From: Ranitomeya imitator
Lineage: Eukaryota
Direction: 5' to 3'
DNA length: 64,000 nucleotides
NCBI RefSeq assembly: GCF_032444005.1
Contig: NC_091288.1
Location: forward strand, 220,720,001 to 220,784,000
The position numbers and the translations under genes are program-made. Within the stretch, counting starts at the first letter, position 1. Each line of letters starts with the position of its first letter. Positions 58,001-64,000 of this stretch are shown piece by piece. Below the pieces are notes generated by a model. The model did not search any database, had not been told where the DNA came from, and was given only the letters and a program-made list of their open reading frames with translations.

Positions 58001-61000
58001 ATCATTTCTCCTCTTCTCCGTCATATCTTGTTGTTCCTTCTCTTCTGTAATGTACCTCCTCACTCCTCCCATTCTGCGTCGTACCTTCTCCTGCATTGTA
58101 CCTCATTGCTCCTGTTCTCCATTGTATCTTGTTGTACCTCCTCTTCTGCATCGTACCTCTTCATTCCTCCTCTTCTGTCATGCCTCATCGTTGCTCTTCT
58201 TCTGCTTCATACCCGTTCTGCATCGTACCTTGTCGTTCCTCCTCTTCTACATCATACCCTTCTTCTGCATCGTACCTCATCATTCCTCCTCTTCTCCGTC
58301 GTATCTCGTTGTATCCCCTCTTCTGCATCATACCTACTCATTCCCCCTCTACTGCATCATGCCTCCTCATTTGCGTCATACCTCCTCATTCCTCCTCTTT
58401 TGCATTGTACCTCCTTGTTCCTCCTCTTCTGCTTCGTGTCTCATCGTTGCTTCTCTTCTGCGCCATGCTTCATTGTACCTCCTCTTCTGCATTGTACCTC
58501 CTCATTCCTCCTCTTCTTTGTCATACCTCCTCATTCCTCCTCTTCTGCTTCGTGCCTCATCGTTGCTTCTCTTCTGCGCCATGCCTCATTGTACCTCCTC
58601 TTCTGCATTGTACCTCCTCATTCCTCCTCTTCTTTGTCGTACCTCCTCATTCCTCCTCTTCTGTGTCGTGCATCATTGTTGCTCCTCTTCTGCATCATAC
58701 CTCCTCATTCCTCCTCTTCTGCTTCGTGCCTCATCGTTGCTTCTCTTCTGCGCCATGCCTCATTGTACCTCCTCTTCTGCATTGTACCTCCTCATTCCTC
58801 CTCTTCTTTGTCGTACCTCCTCATTCCTCCTCTTCTGTGTCGTGCATCATTGTTGCTCCTCTTCTGCATCATACCTCCTCGTTCCTCCTCTTCCTGCATC
58901 CTTCGTCTTTCACTTTGTTGTTTGCCTCTCTTTAACAACCCAAAATCTTGTCTCCTCTTCTCTTAAAATCCCCAAACTTTATTTTATATTTTCCCATCTG
59001 TAGAATGTGGAAAACCTCAAGTCTCCAATCGAATCATGGGTGGACAGAACGCCCAGGCCGGTGAGTGGCCGTGGCAAGTGAGCTTACGGTTGAACGGTCG
59101 TCACTTTTGTGGAGGGTCTCTCATCAGTACGACGTGGGTCGTGTCAGCGGCGCACTGTATAACAAGGTTACGTCCTTCTCTTCTTATTCTGCACCAATGT
59201 TGGTCTCAACATTTCTCCTAATCATTGTATTGTTGGTCTTTTTCTAGTGCAGTGACGACCTCCTCGCTCACCGTCCATCTTGGTTCATATAAAATCTCTT
59301 TGCCAAATTCCAATGAAATCTCTGTTAATGTGAAGAAAATCATGAGGAATCCTAGTTTTAGTGACATAGGATCATTAGGTGACATCAGCCTGATCGAGCT
59401 GGCGAACAACGTGAACTTCACATCTTACATCCTCCCCGTCTGCCTCCCTACAGCCAATGTAACCTTTCCCATGGGCCTCATGTGTTGGATCACCGGCTGG
59501 GGAGACACGCGATCTGGTGGTAGGTATTCATATTCTGATGTGAAGGGCGTCGTGTTCTTCCTGTCATGAGTGTTACAGACAGAGGGAATCTTGCTGGTTG
59601 CGACTCCGGTGAGGTGTGCAGCTTTACGGTTACACTCCGATTAGATACAGCAAGGAGACAACTATTGTAGCGAGACAATCCATTAACTGTCCACTTCTCA
59701 CTGATGACCTGGAGTCAAGTAGTGCCTTCCTGGCATAGCCTGTCTCCATGCTTGGTGCTTGTCCATGGCACTTAGGTGATTGCAACCACAGCACCCTGGA
59801 TAGAGTCTTATGTTCTAGCTACATGCTACACTTTGCCGTCTAGTCTCCACTCGTTCTTCACAATCTGGTACACACATTCTACCCCAGAAGACCAGACTCC
59901 GATCTGACTCGGCCTTGTCTCTCTCAAGGGCTGGCATGATTTCTCTCCAAGTTCTCCGTCACACACCGGCATGTGACCACTTCTCATGGAGCTTGTGTGC
60001 TGAACACAGGCGTGTGCCCAGTAGGGTTTCTAGCATCAACCTTGGCTCTTTGTAAGGTCTGACTTATTTGTCCCACGGTAGATACAGCACAATGTCCTTG
60101 CCTTCCTCAACATCATCACAAGATTACAAAGATGGCGCTGCCCATGACAAACCTCACGTGGAACCGCAGCTGGGACAGAAGTGCCCTCTATCTGTCCCTG
60201 AACGATGACCATGAGGTTATGTTCCAAATAAGTCACCCCAGCTGAATCCTTTCCACATTTGCAAAAACTCACAAACAAGGAAAACTCTTCACCTGCATTA
60301 TCTGAAGGCGTCCACTCATGATAAATGTAACCATACGATGACTTGTAATGTTTCCCTTGGAGATGTGACTCAAGTCATAAAATGTTATATAGAAAAACTC
60401 TAACATATGAGCAAATTGTGCCGCCGCACAGGGGCCGAGAACGTGGAGAAGCCTCGTGGCCACAGGTAGCGTCTTAGGTTAGCTTGTGATGAGGTCTCTT
60501 CTCCAAACGAACCCAATGAATCTCACGTTGAGTTGGCGTTCCTCTGCCCGAGCTGTGCTGAGGATGTCACATTCTGGAGGCCTCCTAGACTCTGTCCTGA
60601 GAGAGGGGTGTGAAGCATTGTGGTCTTTGTGTCTGGTTCCCAGGATCACACAAGGTAGATTTTCCACCCAGATTTCCTGCCTGACTCTTATTGCTGCAGT
60701 ATTTAAAAACTGGATGAGAATTTACCATATTTTACTGAGCGAAGAGATCGATGACTGGAGACGGATATCGTGGTCGAAAGAATAGAAGGAACAAGACGAA
60801 GCGGAAGACCAAGAACCGATGGCTGGATAAAGTCACGATGTCGTCGGAGAAGACCCTGGTGGACGTATCTAGGCTGCACGACATCGATCTTCCTACAGAT
60901 CGTTCCTCCATCAAGTCTCCATGGCTGGAGACAAAGCTGAAGGCTGTTAAATAATAACAACGGTGCAAAAAAAAAAAAAATAAGATGAAATCTGCACTGA

Positions 61001-61367
61001 GAAGTTGATCCCTCTGAAATTCACTCTTAGCAATAAAATCTGTGGAAAGTTTGCGACAAATCCTCCTGTAAGTGTCGCAGATGTTGCTGCTGATTTGTCC
61101 CAGATTTTGACTCATGTCGTGCGGATGTTTCCTAAAATGTCCTGGATGATAATTATGGGATGAGCCATGAATGAATGTGTGAGATCTTTTCTTGCAGTGA
61201 GTCTCCCAAGTCCCATGACTTTGCAGGAAGTGTCGCTGCCTCTGATCGATACCCAGACCTGCGATGAACTCTATCACATCTCGTCTACGACCAGCAACTC
61301 AACTCCAATTATCCTGGAGGACATGATCTGCGCAGGGTACAAAATAGGGGGCACAGACTCGTGTCAG
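43091..61367 (+). CDS. Secreted trypsin-like serine protease (S1A; prostasin/PRSS27/PRSS33-like), 5 exons visible, 3' end outside the window
   Basis: Exons 43091-43142, 43994-44023, 59004-59166, 59248-59519, 61198-61367 join in phase. Signal peptide [25 protein letters not shown]; activation site [13 protein letters not shown]; WPWQVSL; CGGSLI; SAAHC (His57); GDISL (Asp102); CWITGWG; DMICAG; TDSCQ (Asp189). No GDSGGP exon seen before position 64000. Confidence 0.93.
43178..43603. other. N run (assembly gap or hard-masked (TCTG/TCTA)n microsatellite)
   Basis: Ns flanked by TCTGTCTGTCT, with an internal island ATCTCTCTATTATCT at 43311-43325. Confidence 0.85.
43780..43826 (+). ncRNA. Minimal type I hammerhead-ribozyme-like motif (U3-A8 variant) in protease intron 1
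   Basis: GTGTTCC-TTGAGAA-A-GATCC(actcgta)GGAC-GAAA-CG-TC-GCCACAT, followed by AATAAA; palindromic ACGT stem III as in Penelope-like-element ribozymes. Confidence 0.55.
44100..45430. repeat. 28-bp minisatellite
   Basis: Unit CACAGATCCCCCATAACAGTGCGTCACC. Confidence 0.95.
45805..49210. repeat. 35-bp satellite (~97 units)
   Basis: Unit GGGGCAGTATTATAGTAGTTATATTCTTGTACATA. Confidence 0.97.
49280..49560. mobile_element. Diverged partial copy of the 42016-42385 MITE family
   Basis: Shares AAAATGGTTGC..AAAGCATGTC..GAATAGCAAAATGACTTTTGAA..TGTGAGCCCATC..GTCAAGGT..AATCTGA. Confidence 0.65.
49975..54555. repeat. 86-bp satellite (~53 units)
   Basis: Unit CAGTGACTGCACCAGCAGAATAGTGAGTGCAGCTCTGG(A/G)GTATAATACAGGATGTAACTCAGGATCAGTAATGTAATGTATGTACA; ORFs recur at an 86-bp offset. 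Confidence 0.97.
54795..55990. repeat. 13-bp minisatellite with periodic TTGATTTTATTCT insert
   Basis: Unit TTGGTCTCGTTCC. Confidence 0.95.
56050..56211. mobile_element. hAT-family MITE with perfect 8-bp TSD
   Basis: TIRs CAGGGGTCCCCAACTCCAGTCCTCAAGGCCCACCAACA / reverse complement; TSD CCTTAGGG at 56042-56049 and 56212-56219. Confidence 0.93.
56560..58915. repeat. Pyrimidine-rich degenerate low-complexity repeat
   Basis: Recurrent TTCCTCCTCTTCTGCATC/GTACCTCC modules; strongly CT-biased. Confidence 0.85.
59004..59166 (+). CDS. Protease exon 3 (activation site, His57)
   Basis: [53 protein letters not shown]. Confidence 0.95.
59248..59519 (+). CDS. Protease exon 4 (Asp102)
   Basis: LTVHLGSY...[34 protein letters not shown]...CWITGWG. 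Confidence 0.95.
60735..60960 (+). mobile_element. RTE-clade LINE 3' end fragment
   Basis: Decodes, with indels, to [25 protein letters not shown]...L...[15 protein letters not shown], the RTE ORF C-terminus; ends in an AATAATAACAAC tail. Confidence 0.7.
61198..61367 (+). CDS. Protease exon 5 (S1 pocket Asp189)
   Basis: [24 protein letters not shown]...[16 protein letters not shown]|gt. Confidence 0.93.
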
Positions 61368-61571
61368 GTAGGTGTCCTTATGTCAGATATCGGTCCCATG
61401 CGATATAAGATGATACTGGATACAATGATGAGTGAATCTGCCGAAATCCGAATTTGGCCAGGAAATGTGATTTGCATTCAAGTGATTCAACGCAACTTGA
61501 ATGTTCCATATTCTGCCTCTGGGGTTTGGAGAGAATAAATGTAGGGTAGCAAAAAATACTCCCTGCGCCGT

Positions 61572-61880
61572 CCACCTGTCCTGCCGCCCACCTGTCCTGC
61601 CGCCCACCTGTCCTGCCGCCCACCTGTCCTGCCGCCCACCTGTCCTGCCGCCCACTTGTCCTGCCGCCCACCTGTCCTACCGCCCCGGCCTGCCGCCTAT
61701 CTGTCCTGCCCGACCACCTGGCCTGCCACCCACCTGTCTTGCGCCCACCTGTCTTGCGCCCACCTGTCTTGCGCCCACCTGTCCTGCTGCCCACTTTTCC
61801 TGCCGCCCATCTGTCCTGTCACCCACCTTTCTTGCCGCCCACCTGTCCTGCCGGCCACCCACCTGCCCTGCCGCTCCAGC
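61572..61880. repeat. 15-16-bp minisatellite in protease intron 5
   Basis: Unit CCTGTCCTGCCGCCCA. Confidence 0.9.
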
Positions 61881-62267
61881 CACTCTTTCAGCCATGCGTC
61901 TCCCTCCGGCCTCATCTTTCCATCAGTGCACAACGTCCTCTTCCATGTCAACATGTCATGGCGTAAGGATGTGCAATGCCCGAGGTACTGACTGTAGGAG
62001 GAACACGTGACGTCAGAGCTCGGCTCTGCATGGAAGTTACCGCACAAAGTGAAGATGCTGGAAGAGGGCGCTGCACATTGAGGAGGACAGACGCAGGCAT
62101 ACAGCGACGGACGAGATGAGCAGTCAAGTGTGAGTATTTTATTCTCCTTTCCCAGCCCTCTAAAAATCTGCAAAGTAAAGTCCAGCCGGGGCCATTTCAT
62201 TAAATTCTCATGAAATGAATCACAAAAAATTTTGAAAAGGGAAAATCTCAATTTTTTGGAAAACTTA

Positions 62268-62740
62268 AAGCGACTCTGTCACCCCCCTCCAGCCGTTAGA
62301 AACTAAAAGAGCCACCTTGTGCAGCAGTAATGCCGCTCTTTTAGCTATTGGTGCAGTCAAAGCAGTAATAATGCGTTTTATAATTTCGCAAAAATACCTG
62401 TCTTTAGTCCCGGAGGCAGGTCTTAACCCCCCTGCTGCACACGCCACACTGCCGTCACTCAAGGCTTCTTCGGCGTCGGGCGCCGCCCCCTCCGCGCTGT
62501 TTTCAAATCAAATCCGGCGCCTGCGCTGTTTTGTTCTGCCAGGGGCAGGCGCAGGGAGCGCTGCCCGTCTGACCTCACATGTAGTCTTGCAGACTGCGCC
62601 TGTGCGGCCGCCCTGCCTGTGAATCCCAGCCCCGCACTCTGCATAATGCATAACACACTACGGGGCTGGGATTCACAAGGTGGGTGGCCACACAGCATGG
62701 AGGTTTTTGGTTCTTTCATAGGCACCATGTAGAATCCCCT
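62268..62740. mobile_element. Probable T2-type MITE remnant
   Basis: Starts TTAA|AGCGACTCTGTCACC, resembling the 10478 terminus; right end not resolved. Confidence 0.35.
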
Positions 62741-62789
62741 TAGGGTAACCCCTCTCCAAAAAAACCCTGTTCAAGAAATGTGTCTCTCT

Positions 62790-63600
62790 CCGAAAATCTT
62801 CATTCCTTGTACAATTTTTTCCCGTGCGCCAATATTGTCCATATTTTATCCACTCGGAAGATGGCCGCTGGATAATCCAAGTAACTGTTCACTTTCTTGA
62901 AATGAGTCAATGTATAAATTTCTCCATCGTCATTTCTTGAAATGATCAAATCGAGGAATTCAATGCAATTATTTGAGAAGGTGGATGTGAATTCCAGCCT
63001 CCGTGAGTTCTTATTCAGATCATTTATGAAGGATTGAGCCTCACCTTGGGTTCCTGTCCAGATGAATAATAAATAATCTATAAATCTCCTGTAAAAGAAG
63101 ATGTGACCCCCCCGGGAAGGAGAGATCACCCAATGTGTAGAGAATCAAAAGGCCCCATTGAGAGATTGGCATTACTGGGCACGATCTCGTCCCCATGGCA
63201 CAGCACTGGTCGGCCGACAGGTCAAACCCTCAAAGGAGAATATGTCATGCTCAGGTCTAAACTCAATACTCGAAAAAGAAACTCTCACTGGTGGTCTGTA
63301 ATGGGGTTATCCCGGTGAAGGTAGGACTCCACCGTAGTCAGGCCTAGTTGATGGTCAACGGTAGAATATAAAGAGCTGACATCTATGGTAAAGAGAATAC
63401 ATTGAGGAATGGGTGGGAGTCTTTTCAGTTCCATGATCAGAGGTGATGAACCCCGTATATGAGAGTCAAGTTGTTACTTATTCTGGTGGAACAGATCAAT
63501 ATAATGGGACAAATTTGTCGTAATGCATTTTACCCCTGAAATGATAGGGCACCCAAGGGATGAATTATACTTTCCATGAAGTTGGGGAAATGTCTTAATT
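62790..63600 (-). mobile_element. Decayed Penelope-like retroelement reverse transcriptase
   Basis: Minus strand: GCPIISG..TTNLSHYID; IDVSSLYS; AMGT..PSNANL.MG; YRRFIDY(DD lost)LLFIWTG; LEFT..IEFLDL; NSYL; contains stops and frameshifts. Confidence 0.85.
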
Positions 63601-64000
63601 TCTTTAGTAAAAGATAATGAAAAGATAATGAAAAATGTTCAATCTAAAAAGTCCCATTACTTCCAGTTATATCTCTGGAAGGAAGGGGCCGTGTGACCCC
63701 TCCAATCACTGCTCACCGTCCCCTGAATTACAGCGGGTCTATAGGAGTGGGAATTCCAAATGTGCTAAAACTTGGCTGCAAGAGCGTTCAATCTAAAGTA
63801 ACTGGGAGGTTTCCCCATCAACCAGTTCTTGGATTGCAACATATCATTTGTCCTCTATTGGAGAGTGGCGGTGGTCTCCAGTGTGGGGGGACGCACAATC
63901 CACCCGGGTCGCAGCAGAATAAATGCATAGATGCCACATAAGAAATGGAATAACAAACCAGAGCTAGCCAACATTATTAATAAATTATCAAAATATTCTG

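Noticed and set aside
49876-58966. Dozens of 64-aa ORFs and hydrophobic 'membrane-like' ORFs
   Set aside because: Phase-shifted copies of the 86-bp, 13-bp and CT-rich repeats inside protease intron 2.
59615-59640. GACTCCGGT (D-S-G) as the protease catalytic-Ser exon
   Set aside because: It lies upstream of exon 5, lacks GGP and has no acceptor; the real exon is presumably beyond 64000.
59560-60700. Possible LINE/Tx1 fragment in protease intron 4
   Set aside because: Looks like decayed coding sequence, but I could not recognise a diagnostic motif.

Overview
Eukaryotic, vertebrate DNA. The repeat and TE types point to an anuran (hyloid frog-like) genome; this is inference. I reconstructed three multi-exon genes from GT-AG sites and reading phase. 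Two are intact, tandem, minus-strand RNF112/neurolastin-like genes (C3HC4 RING + atlastin/GBP-type GTPase + C-terminal membrane segment): copy A at 1179-9259 (13 exons, ~616 aa) and copy B at 22125-28308 (13 exons, ~608 aa). The third is a plus-strand secreted trypsin-family (S1A; prostasin/PRSS27/PRSS33-like) serine protease starting at 43091; its catalytic-Ser exon is not in the window. Roughly half of the window is tandem repeat. The largest is a 57-bp satellite of ~165 units between the two RNF112-like genes, carrying a CTCF-like motif in each unit and split by a solo LTR. Other arrays have units of 13, 16, 20/75, 27, 28, 30, 33, 35 and 86 bp, plus one 8.6-kb C-rich/CpG-rich array. TEs include T2/Kolobok-type and hAT MITEs, CR1 and RTE LINE 3' ends, a decayed Penelope-like RT, and two Penelope-type hammerhead-ribozyme-like motifs. 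Most long ORFs in the supplied track are artefacts of tandem repeats. The most interesting signals are: (i) the two RING-GTPase paralogs have canonical GTPase motifs but different predicted targeting ends (basic NLS-like vs N-myristoylation); (ii) the oriented CTCF-motif satellite between them; (iii) a U3-A8 variant hammerhead-like motif in the protease intron.
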